Source: Amoebophrya sp. A120
Taxonomy: Eukaryota; Protista; Dinoflagellata
Reading direction: 5' to 3'
NCBI GenBank assembly: GCA_905178155.1
Contig: CAJINV010000002.1
Coordinates: forward strand, 3,663,838-3,727,837
Length of the DNA stretch: 64,000 nt
Numbering within the stretch: position 1 is the stretch's first letter; each line of letters opens with the position of its first letter. The translations under genes were made by a program, and so were the position numbers. This document shows positions 38,001 to 48,092 of the stretch, one piece after another. Under the pieces are notes generated by a model. The model was not told the DNA's origin, did not search any database, and worked only from the letters and a program-made list of their open reading frames with translations.

Positions 38001-40113
38001 ACGACCTCTATCACCAGTGCGCCGTCGCGGATGTCAACGCGTGGCGGGTTACGCATTGCAAAAGTGTCGTACTTGTACCAATTGCGGATACGCATGACAA
38101 ATCTGCCTCCCAAGGTGAGTCAGCTTCAGCATGACAAACTTCATTTCTCATTTTGAGAGAATTTGTAATGCAATTTGTACTTAGCACGATGCTTTTGTAA
38201 AAATGCATACGAGTGCAAAGGCAACAGAACGAGCAGGACGTTCTGATCCACCCCACGTGCCGCGGACGGTACCGCGAACTTCTCCTCGCTCTGATATCCC
38301 AAGGAAAAGCGTCTCCACCCCAAAGTTGCCATGCAGATTTGCAATTACAGGACCATTTGTAATGCGCATCCATATGCTGAGGGGCATTTCCAATCGACCG
38401 TGTTCTAGCATTTGTAATTATGCTGTCATCAGGATCAGGAGAAGTAGATGTTTTTGTGATGCAGCTGTCCTTGAGAAACTGCCGTACAACACAGAGAGGA
38501 ACTTGTCATGCGTGACCCCCAAAACTTCTGAATTTGTGTAAACCAAATGATCCCCATCTTCACTGTGGGGTGGGAATGTTTTTCCACAGGATATCTGATC
38601 AGCCGCAGTTTGCAGTGCCGCGACGGGCTGCAGCGGTACTCCATCGCGACTTCTAGTGCGGACACTGCATCATTCCTCAAGAACCCTCGGGAAAGTGATA
38701 GTACGGGAAAAGACGACGGTGTCAAGCAAACCCCCGCGGTTGTGAATGAACAAGCAGAAGTGCCGGGGTCTGCCGCAGCGCCCGTTGTCTCTGCTCGCAC
38801 TGCGGAGAAAACCTTTTTCCCACACCAAAAACCCGACGTGACAAACACCTACGCTGCAGAAAAGTACACGCGTATCATGTAATTTTCAGCATTGATTTTC
38901 GGCATTAATGCCGTGCCGCCTGTGAAGTGATGTCGCATGACAAAAAAGCATCTGCCTAGATAGAAGTTGTCTCTTGTGCATCTTTAGGTTTGTAGTGCCG
39001 CGCTTTTTTTCTGGTATGGATGATGTACTTTTCCCTACCATAGGTTTTTCATGACTAAAAATTCCTTCGTCCGAGCATCCGCGAGCAACTACAACCTGAC
39101 GCCTTTATTCTAAGGAAAAACGTCCTCACCCCAGACTTGTCATGCAAATCTGCATGCCACAAAAGTTTCTCACGTGGAACCCCGTGAGAAGCATTTTCTA
39201 GGCGTGTTTTGGAATTTGTGATGCTAGAACCAGCCTGATATAAGAGATCTGTGATGCTTCTGAACTAGCCAAACAGGATGACACTGCGAGGGAAAACTTG
39301 TCATGCGAAACAAGCAAACACAAAGCTGGTTAATTAGTCTAGCAGATTCCCCATCTTGACTCCGGTGTGGGGACGTTTTTCTTCAGGATAGCCTTTGGAA
39401 GCGAACCTGTTCTACAACTACGCATTGCAAATCTAACCGATCAAAATCTAGAAATCTGTATTGCAAGAGCGCACAAGAAACTCCATTTTTGTCGTGTCAC
39501 ACTGTTGATCTGACGAGAAGATTGTGCCCAAGGAGCTTTAGCATCTTCGAGATCGAGGGCCAACTTGTGTTGCATGAGGATGAGCACTCACGCATCCAAG
39601 TGGACCAAGCTGCATGAAAAAATGATTGCTCTGTGAACGTGGTTCCACGCCACTTCCTAGAAGTAGATCTACTTCCATTTGCAATGGATGCCAACGCGTG
39701 CGATCTGATTCCATTGCCTGACCTGAACCTTTTCGCGGGCATATCAAATGCAAAAATGTCTGGGTCTGGAAGGTTGGAATTTGTGATGCTAGCTTTGGAC
39801 TCTCAAAAAATCTGTATTGCATGACCAGCAAGAGGCGTCTAGTTTGTGCTACGCGGGGAGGGCGTTTGTCATGCGGAGTAGGCATCAGGAAGGGTTCTAA
39901 AAGTCTGTTATGGTAGGGCATGCATCACACACAATCCTGAGTCATGCAAAACATGCATGACAAGGCTCAGAATCTTCCAGACCTAGACATTCTTGCATTT
40001 GATAGGGCAAGCGGTACGACAACGTGTGCTTCATTTTCAGCTTCACCAGGCTCAGCTGCGATGAGCATTTTTTTAGGCACTATAAAAGCAAGTCCTCGCG
40101 CTCGAGGAATTAA
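29001..40113 (+). CDS. Large type-II membrane glycosyltransferase-like protein split by 22 introners
   Basis: N-terminal anchor; motifs KCGVCLIGKT..LLEPLNYADLFLV, YDYLALGRLDLLWLTP, CWVPFDQGDAMGLTDWYQICSRDYAD resemble the uncharacterised GT-like YDxxxxxRxD/GxND proteins. Frame is continuous by the element+5 rule except at ~38870-39060; stop TAA 40111-40113. Confidence 0.6.
29395..29614. mobile_element. Introner family E
   Basis: E TIRs; DR catcg/taccg. Confidence 0.88.
30072..30350. mobile_element. Introner family C
   Basis: C TIRs; DR cttcc/cttcc. Confidence 0.9.
30390..30643. mobile_element. Introner family A
   Basis: A TIRs; DR cgacc/cgacc. Confidence 0.9.
30793..31052. mobile_element. 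Introner family A
   Basis: A TIRs; DR cagta/cagta. Confidence 0.9.
31944..32154. mobile_element. Introner family D
   Basis: D TIRs; DR cacga/cacga. Confidence 0.9.
32195..32722. mobile_element. Introner family A carrying a nested insertion
   Basis: A TIRs, 528 bp; DR aaaca/aaaga. Confidence 0.88.
32347..32637 (+). mobile_element. Nested foreign insertion (retroposon 3' end-like)
   Basis: ~290 bp replacing the middle of a family-A element; hairpin CTCTAACGG/CCGTTAGAG, AATAAA, short A-tail. Confidence 0.5.
33054..33270. mobile_element. Introner family D-like
   Basis: TATCG.G.GAAAAAA...TTTTTTCCCCCGATA; DR tgcag/cgcag. Confidence 0.85.
33815..33986. mobile_element. Introner family H
   Basis: TATCCCACAGAAAAAATCTGGCAGG...CCTGCCAGCTTTTTTCTCTGGGATA; DR gtgca/gtgca. 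Confidence 0.9.
34299..34562. mobile_element. Introner family A
   Basis: A TIRs (ends GTA); DR gctcg/gctcg. Confidence 0.9.
34751..34982. mobile_element. Introner family A
   Basis: A TIRs; DR gcgaa/gcgaa. Confidence 0.9.
35033..35356. mobile_element. Introner family F
   Basis: TATCAAAAGGAAAGATCCCCCCTCCCCATA...TATGGGGGGGGGGGAGATTTTTCATTTTGATA; DR acccc/acccc. Confidence 0.9.
35783..35979. mobile_element. Introner family C (short)
   Basis: C TIRs; DR gagca/gagca. Confidence 0.85.
36210..36519. mobile_element. Introner family F
   Basis: F TIRs; DR agcaa/agcaa. Confidence 0.87.
36603..36743. mobile_element. Introner family C (internally deleted)
   Basis: TATCCTGTG...CGCAGGATC; frame restored by element+5. 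Confidence 0.78.
37025..37289. mobile_element. Introner family A
   Basis: A TIRs; DR cctag/cctag; very similar to 11492. Confidence 0.92.
37393..37628. mobile_element. Introner family D
   Basis: CTGTCTCAGTCTCAA / TTGAGACTGACACAG IR; DR cttct/ctgcc. Confidence 0.85.
37713..37983. mobile_element. Introner family A
   Basis: A TIRs; DR ttacg/ttacg. Confidence 0.92.
38050..38209. mobile_element. Introner family B
   Basis: B TIRs; DR cgggt/cgagt. Confidence 0.85.
38295..38593. mobile_element. Introner family C
   Basis: C TIRs; DR tctga/tctga. Confidence 0.9.
39106..39390. mobile_element. Introner family C
   Basis: C TIRs; DR gcctt/gcctt. Confidence 0.9.
39419..39690. mobile_element. Degenerate introner (A-like)
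   Basis: TACGCATTGCAAAT...ATTTGCAATGGATG; DR acaac/ccaac. Confidence 0.75.
39742..40004. mobile_element. Introner family A
   Basis: A TIRs; DR gggca/gggca. Confidence 0.92.
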
Positions 40114-43100
40114 AAAGTGGAAGTGTGCAAGTCGCATATTTTAGACTTTTGCAAAGTGGAAATGACAGTCTGTAAACCTGACGCTTTCTAGCTGCACCAC
40201 GCAGTTTGCTCGTCGTCTTTTTTCCATGCAATGTTGCATGCAAATACAACCACCACCAGCGCTTTGCTTTTACCGTGCATAATTCTCCGGTCGGTCCCAA
40301 GTTATGAGGAAGAGCAGGAAGAAATAAATGAAAGGGAAAACGAGAAAATCAGCCAAAATGTTGACAAAGGCGAGATGGACAAAAATGAACAAATAACAAC
40401 GCATTCTGCAAACCGGTTGCTGCACGAGAAGAAAAAATATCAATCGCCAGCGGCTAAACGGAGCCGATACATCGCAGATTGTTTCTGTGACAATGGATTG
40501 ATCTGTTTGACGAGACAATATCCCACATTGAACATGCTTCTTGAATCCATGATCGAGAAAAATATCTTCCTTATGGTTAACTCCAAAGGGGCCGTGCGCT
40601 AATTCATATTCTCGAGCAATTCAAGTGAATTTCGAAAGTTTGAAGTTTTGAAATTTCAGGAGCAGTCTGGCACTGCTATATTCTGTTCCAAAACAACATT
40701 GCAAAAACGTAAATTAAATATACGAACTCCCCTGCTTCTTCCTTCCTTACCGTGGTGCCGCGAACATTTCTGCTCCGAAATTTTCTTCCCTACGATGCCG
40801 CTCGTCCGAGGGGGTGTGGGTACTTCGCGATGCAAGGCGTCACTTCAGCAAGTCGCTCATGCGCAGCCCGGCTCTGTCACTCGGTTCGCAGAAAAAAAGA
40901 AACCGAAAAGGCTGCTTTGCTCGCTCTAAGTCGGCGTCGAAAGATGGCGAGAACCGCGCACGCAGTAGGCTTCGTGGCAGCGCAACTGACCCAGAGCAGT
41001 TGTCACTTTGTTCAGGCCGTTCCAGATTTTTTTCGCCAAAACCAAACAAAGTTCGAAAACAGGAAAACTAGTTTCTAGGTTGTCGCAGTCTCTATCTTCT
41101 TGGTATTGTGATCGTGCGCCACATCTCGAAGCCCATAGTGGCTATCTGCTCGCGAGCCCTTGGCTGGCTCATGAAGTGCGAACTCTTCCAGCCGTTATCG
41201 ATTTGGCACTAGCCTTACGATGCCATAACATCACTCGAAGAGATTTGATATGAAGAGCGTAGTAGCCATTGAGCCGATGACGTCGCGTTACATCTAGAAG
41301 ACGAGGCAAAACAACCACGGGCCGAACCACATGGAGGATATCCAGCATGCGGGTGGGCCACTCGTTTAGGGTATAAACGAATATCTAGGCGGTGCTTCTC
41401 GATAAAACGAAACTTATAGCGGGCCACTGCTATTGGCAAAATATACCGGCTTGTCGTAAATGATTCCTTTCCTAACTCCCTCTCTTAGTGCCTGGAACGA
41501 TTCCTCTCGACGTGAAGTCGGAATCGGGCCACAATATTAAAGCGCTAGAGCTAAGTCCTGGGCCCCGCGACAGAAAATCTGGAGCGTGGACAGAGAAATC
41601 GAAACACGAAAACAAGGTAAATAAAACAGGCGAAAAAATGAATAAAAGTTCGAAGGCTTGGACACCCAAATCCCTTTGTGACAGGTAGCATTGGAGGCGC
41701 CGCCCGACACGAAGCAAAAACAGGGCCCAACTGGAAAATTGTTTTGGCGAGATTTTGTTTTGGTTTTATCCGGGGGGCTATAAATCGCTAAAATTGATCA
41801 AAACTGTACCTACGGCCCCAGCTATAGGTTGTAACTAACTTCACCATACCTGTAGTCGACCCACTTCGGAGGCTTCTCTTCGTGTGAATACAAGCAGACC
41901 GGCACTGTCTACTTGCAGGAGCTCCGACGAGCATTGCGTCATCAAATCAGTTCATAGCCTCTAAAAGTCCTCTTTTGTTTTGTCGAATGAGCTAGGTTGC
42001 TCTAAAGTGGGTGAATCCAGATGAAAGAAGGGCGGGTCATAGGGTAGAGAGGTATAAATATAAACTCTCGAAGTTCTAGTTCAAGTGCCAGGGTTGCCAC
42101 GTATCAACTTCGTCTCTTGCTGTTCAGAAATTTGACCGCAATCGGTCTGATCACATCAGCGAGGAAACAAATAGATACGGGCCCCCCCTGAAGAATAAGG
42201 AGTTCGTCGGGAAACAGTCCACAACAACACCCTGAGAAAGAGGCGCTGCGGACGAAAATATCTAGATCAAAACGCTCGAAACAGGGCAGCCTGGTAAAAG
42301 ACCACGGTGGGAATCTGTAATGACGACGATTTAGACATGGCTTGTAACTGTAAACGACAGCAGGGATAGCTGCTGGCACAGAGGGAGCAAAACTGGGAGT
42401 GCCGCTGCGTTTCGCATCTCAAATAAACAAAACAAGAGAAAGCTGGGCGAGCCTTTGGCCGCACCGCCGCACCATGACATACTATATGACTAACTTGCTG
42501 TCGGGTAAAGTTCTAGTCTTAGATAGAAGCTCCGGAAATTTTTGTCAAGCATCTATACACAAAACCAGCAGAGGAGACCGGGTCTGTGGTCGCTCGAATG
42601 AAAATAGACAGGAGCTGTAGAAGGGCAATGGTAGTCGTGCTGACGAAGAAAAGCCAGCAACGTCAGTTCCGGTCTGAATAGAGGAGATCTACCCTATGCT
42701 GTTTGATATTCATTGCAATTTTTGTCGCTTATATTGTCTGAAGCATAAATTATGTAAATACTTCTTTCTTAGTACTGGTTTAAGGTCTTGATCGGAAAGG
42801 AAGAAAACCGAACCACTTCTGCTTCCGCCCGGGCCAGCGCTCGAGGATGCTCGACCACGCCGGCGGAAAGAAGTTGCACAAAAGAGGGATAGTTGCTGAT
42901 TGCTGGGCCTGCTGAATGCAGACGCAACCACATCCATAAGCTTCGAGTTCTATCGGAGAAAGAGGTAAAGATTGCAAACAGAAGTTCTAGACGCACATTA
43001 TATTAAAAGTTTTGGCTACTGACGCAGAGCATCGAGCTGCTGCTGTCGCAGTTTGAGTCTTTCCATCGGTTGAAAGTGTTGCGTTCGTTGCTAGATATCA

Positions 43101-43217
43101 AGATTGTAAATTACTAGTGTTGCGTTTTTTGTATAATCTGATAGAAACAGGTCAACCCGATTCCATTTTGGCTCTCAGACCAAACAAAATTTTTAATCAC
43201 GATTTCAACCACCCCAC

Positions 43218-45772
43218 CTAGAAGGCCGCGCCCTTCTTCAATCCCTTCGGCTGGCCGAAGTTCGCACCAGCGTTGTTCTGCGCGGCCGGGTTCCGCAGGG
43301 TAGCCTGCTGATGGGCCGCGGTGTACAAGTCCGCGTTCTCGCGCTGGCAGTCGCGCATCCACACGCACTCCGGATTCAACTTCTGCACCTCCAGACCGTC
43401 GAGGATGAAGATCCGCTTCTTCAACTTCCACTCCTTGCGGAAGTTCTCGATCTGCGAGAGTATGCTATGCAAAAATTCTACACACTGCACCAAACTGCAG
43501 CGCGCATGACAAGTTAGCTACTTTCGAAATTCCCGTGTGGAGATGCGTTTTGCATTTTCTTTTGCTGTAGTTTGTGTGCTTGTGTGTAGGATCTTGCAAA
43601 ACATAGCGACCGTAGCATTGGCGCTGGTTTTCAAATTCGTGAGCTTCTGTTTGATCTGGTCCATCTCGGTGGAGAGGATCTTGATCTGGTACTTCTCGAC
43701 GCAGGACCCGAGATGCAGCATGGCGCCGTGGTGACCCTGCTCTAAAACCTTCTGCGCGTTCGTAGCCGCAGTACACAGGTCGTTCAACTGGGATTCATAT
43801 GCGTTGCAAATGCGTCGCACTTTACATAAAATGCATGACAAATGCCCCCCAAGAAAAAACGAAATGCAAATTTGTCATGCAGATTCAATCAAGGAGAAGC
43901 AGGCTGCTCATGCTTGGGCAACATTTACTAAGAGTAAGAGGGCGACAAATTTGCAATGCGTATCTCGGTCGGGTTGGTGACGCAGGTCAAGATCGTCTTC
44001 GTGTGGGCGCCGATGTAGCCCCGGGAAACAGCCTTCGCAGCCTTGACGAAACGCAAAGCCTGCTGATCCACCGGCCCGTTCACGTGACCCAGCAAAGTGC
44101 TGCACTTCGCGACGTAGGACTCCCACTCGATCTGCATCCCGTCGTTGATTTCCAGCGACAGCTGTTTTTCCAGACCAGCAGCTTTCAGGTTCGGAAAGAT
44201 GTTGTTGAACTCCAGGTTGAGGATGTGGCATTTCACATGCCCGCGGTCACCGTTGATCATCCGCATGACGGTAGCACACTCCGCATCGATTTGGTTCATC
44301 GCCTGGTACAACGGGTCCGACAGGTAGGGCCGCAACCGGGTGATCCGGGCCCGCCGGTCGGCCATGGAGCACAAGGTCAACGCCTTCTCATCCGTGGAAA
44401 CCGCCCGGACAATCTCGGACACCTTGTACGCAAACCGCTTCGACTCGGCCCGCTCCGCTGCGGAGGGCGCGGGCTGCTGGTTGTTCGCCACTTTGCGGAG
44501 CAGGTTGATGTGGGACGCTCGGTCCTCCACGGTTGCTTTCTTGACGGCAAAGGGACTCAACTTCATCAAGAGGCGGTAGACTACAGATTCTTTGTCCTTC
44601 GTCGGGTCGCCCAGGTACTGCAACACCTCGCGCTTCAAATCCGCGCCGGAGTAGGTTGTCATCTTTTCGTATACGGTGTCGAGCTTGTCCTGGAGGTTGG
44701 GGAAGTTCAACAACCTGTGTGTTGGTTTTGGGTTTGTTTTTCAATCACTGCGAAAGAGAAGGCAAGATATTCTATGTTGATCTGAAGCTGCATGACAAAT
44801 TCGAACATCGAAAAAACAACAGCGACAAAAATTCGCATCTATCACAAGTTCCCGAAATCGCAAGACCGCGTCGATTCATGCAAGACATTGTAAATATTAT
44901 ACCACGTCAAGATGTCATCCAAGGTCTCAAACTCGGGCTTCGGTTCGAAATTGATAACCACCGTCTTCGCGAGTTTCTTCACCTCCTCCTCGGCCATTTC
45001 TTTGTCGTAGTTGACGATCTCCTCCTCGCTCTTCACCGTGCCATCCGTGTTGTAGGAACGCTTGGACCGGCAAGCCTCTCTGTATGGACGCACAAATTGC
45101 CTCTCGACTGAAAAAAAAACGCCAATTTTATCGGCCAGATGCATTACAAGTTCTGCCATGTTCGTTCGCTTCCTTTTGGGACTTGCATAGCTGCCCACTC
45201 ATGCCACACTCACCTTTTTTTTTTGGTCGAGAGGAATTAATGCTTCTGTTTGTGCATAGGACGATGGACTTGAAGGTCAACATGTGCAGCGCAGACTTGT
45301 CGTCGTCGCTAAACGGGAAATCGGGCCACTCGTCCTCCAGCAACTTGCTCATCGCGCACAACGACGGCCAGGACAGCGACTTGTCGATCAGTTCGTCCCC
45401 ACGGCCCAACACCAGCTTCAAAGTGTTGGCATCCCACGACGCCACATGCTCCGGGCGGGTTTCCTTCAGCGCGGTGTGAAATTTTTTCAGGTTCTCCGCC
45501 TCGATCAGCTTGTTCGCTTTCCCCTGGGCGTTGGCGTCATGGACCTGACCGGAGGAGACTGCCGCGACCGCAGCGCGGAGCGGGGCAGAGTCGAGGGAGT
45601 TGTTCAGATAATCGCGACGGATGTTGCTGATGTTGTACAGCTTCTTACGCACGTAGGCCCGGGCCTCGCGCTTAACATCGGTGTCATCGATCGGGAGGCC
45701 GCAGTCGTCCTTGAACTTGTTCGTCGTGGGGGTAGTGTCCTGCTTCTGCAGCTTCTTTTTCGTGGGCCCCAT
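43218..45772 (-). CDS. Hypothetical helical protein, 5 exons
   Basis: ATG at 45772. Exons joined in frame across introners 45083-45258, 43798-43962, 43461-43605 and GT-AG intron 44715-44902. Confidence 0.75.
43461..43605. mobile_element. Introner (B-like, aged)
   Basis: TATGCTATGCAAAAATTCTACACAC / GTGTGTAGGATCTTGCAAAACATA; frame restored. Confidence 0.8.
43798..43962. mobile_element. Introner (B-like, aged)
   Basis: TATGCGTTGCAAAT / ATTTGCAATGCGTA; frame restored. Confidence 0.8.
44715..44902 (-). other. Canonical GT-AG intron
   Basis: GTATAA...CACAG; in-frame join. Confidence 0.7.
45083..45258. mobile_element. Introner (aged, unassigned)
   Basis: IR CCTCTCGAC..AAAAAAAA / TTTTTTTT..GTCGAGAGG; frame restored. 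Confidence 0.75.
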
Positions 45773-47420
45773 GATGTTTGGTAGCACACTGCAACACAAA
45801 CAAACTGTTCGTGCGGATCAGGTGGCTGCGGTGAAGTTGCTCGTCGCGAATGCGTTCCGTATTCACGTTTGGGCTATTGCGTGCAACAACCTGCGGTCTT
45901 GGTCTTCTCTTCAGTTGTGTACAACAGAGGAGCAGGGAGGTTGCTCACTCGTCGTGCTTGTGTTGAGGTGTTGGCTAGCGTACACCTACGTCCCGAAAAA
46001 AAAACTGCAGTGTTGTGTAGTTGGAATCTGTGCAGATGAAAGGATGGATGCCTTCCACTCGAGGTTTTTTCCCCCTTCAGTTTTGTCTAGCCGAGCGACA
46101 ACAAGGTGCTAACACAGGTCAAAATATTCTTTGGTCGAGGACTACAGTTCTCAGATAGAAGGGTGGGGGGCTGACGAGCGAGACTTTATCTGCTGCTTTG
46201 CTGTTTTGCATTTGCTGTCACCATTTCTTCTGAAGACAAACATCGATCATGATTACAGTGCCCCTCCCTCTCGAAATTCAGCTGGAACCTTCAAAAAAAC
46301 TGCGCTGCGTTTTCACATCTCACAAACAACTACACGACGCGACTGCGACTGCGCACTTCCGGGCAGGTCGTTGCGAAAGATGCTGTTCAAAATACTGTTA
46401 ACAAAATTCGAAAAAACACAGATAGGACGCGCTCCAAATGCAAATGAATCCAAAACGAGGCGGCTATCACTCACACACTACAAGTAGCTGTTGCCCACGT
46501 CTAGGGCGCAAAAAAAAAATCCGACAAGGGAACCACAATAGGGGGCGACACAGGGAAGCCCCCTATTCCCGTCTGGAGTATCCCTCTGGCCCGTGACCTC
46601 TACCGAGGGAAGGGAGGGCGCCTGAGAATATGCTGGCAAAAAAAATAAATGTAGGCAAAAAACGCTCTGTCTCCGCCCGCTAATGAAAAAACGAAACAAC
46701 TCTTACAAGATTGGAAATTGGGGCCGCTGCTGAGGACAAGCAACAAAATAAAATGGGCCACACGGTGGTAACACACAGACACACCGAAAAAGGGCCCGCT
46801 ACCCTCGCACAGCTACGACGGGTGAAGGCGATCACCCTCCTCACACCGCCATGAAGCTGCCCAACCGGGGCGGGCAAGCAGGGCAACAGGGCGGTCGGAA
46901 AAAATTCGCGCCACCAAGAGCGGACACAGCGGGGCCATGGACCAGTGCCCGACCCGAAAAGCCGACGCGTCCCGCCCCCCAACGGCCCTGCAGAACGGCC
47001 CGGCACACTGCCCACGAAAGAGGCAACACGCTCGAAGGGCAGTCGGGCCGGGTTCATCGTGTGTTCGGTCTCTCTTTGCAGGACCAGCGGGCAGCGGGGT
47101 TCCCGGCAAATGGTTAGGGGAAAGGAACAAAATCGCGCGCGCGCAGCGCGCGCGATTTTTTTTTTTTCCATAGCGGAAAGCGCGCGCCGCATGGCGCGAT
47201 TTTTTATTTTCAAACCAGAGGCGCGACCGCTCTGTCTGCCCCCGCCCTGTAAAGAGAAAGGCCGGCGGAGACAAGCCAACCTTGGCGGCCCAGGTAGGTA
47301 GCGCGCCCGCTTGCCCGGGCTGGGCAAAATCGCAGCGGCAAAAAAACATCGCGCGGGCCGCAGCGACGACCCGCGGATTCCCAGCCCAAATCATAGACTT
47401 CTGACGGCAATCGCGAATTT

Positions 47421-47586
47421 CTAGCGGCGATCAAGCAATTCTAGCGGCGATCAAGCAATTCTAGCGGCAATCAAGCAATTCTAGCGGCAATCAAGGATTT
47501 CTAGCGGCAATCAAGATATTCCAGCGGAAATCAAGACATCTGAAAGTCGGTCATAGGTCGGTCATAAATCGGTCAGAATTCGGTCT
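47421..47586. repeat. Tandem 20-bp repeat (CTAGCGGCRATCAAGCAATT x~6) followed by ~11-bp TCGGTCA repeats x4
   Basis: Directly visible, with divergence increasing rightwards. Confidence 0.9.
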
Positions 47587-48092
47587 CTATCTTAGTAATC
47601 AAAACATGACCGATTTTTTTGGGGTCTGTGATTTTTTTTGATTGAAGTCGGAAACCAGAATGGAAGGTTTTTTTTAGTCTTAGAAAATCATAAGGAGTCC
47701 TGGATAGAAGCTTCGCCCGATGGAGCCGACGTCCCATCGACGAAAAAAAATTTTCGTCGCCGCCGCTGGCGCGGCGGTGCCACTAATAGCCGCTGGGTCT
47801 GCAACTAGAGGCCCGCTCCTTAGGCGTATGCAAAGCAAACTACCACTACAGGCGGCGGAGCCGTGTCTGTCTTGCTTGCAGTCGTGAAACAGGTATGCAT
47901 TGACTTTCAAGCAGAGAAAGACATGAGTCCGGACTAAAAAAACTCAAAGACCGGTATACAGCCGGCCAGCAAAGAAAAACACACTACATCGCCAGCTATC
48001 AGGTGGGAGAGGACACCAAGACTTCTGTCCTCGGTGGGGACGTTCATTGCAAGATCGGCCGTTGCTGGCCCATAGTGGCGAATCAGGGATCG

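Noticed and set aside
468-40004. Recurrent GTCTGGGTCTGG / CCAGACCCAGAC repeats as a CRISPR array
   Set aside because: They are inverted pairs ~260 bp apart with related interiors, dispersed in eukaryotic exons; no spacer periodicity and no cas genes.
40231-42700. Short ORFs in the strand-switch region
   Set aside because: No host-like codon bias, domain motifs or intron structure; possibly decayed repeats but unsupported.
43163-43174. CCATTTTGGCTC match to the dinoflagellate spliced leader
   Set aside because: Only 12 nt, downstream and antisense of the adjacent gene, with no AAG/GT or SL RNA context. ACCGTAGCC at ~23883 is likewise too short.
43799-44785. 328-aa plus-strand ORF
   Set aside because: Antisense to a well-supported minus-strand exon.
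47129-47170. Hairpin + T-run as a bacterial rho-independent terminator
   Set aside because: Eukaryotic context with no upstream plus-strand gene; reported only as a hairpin.
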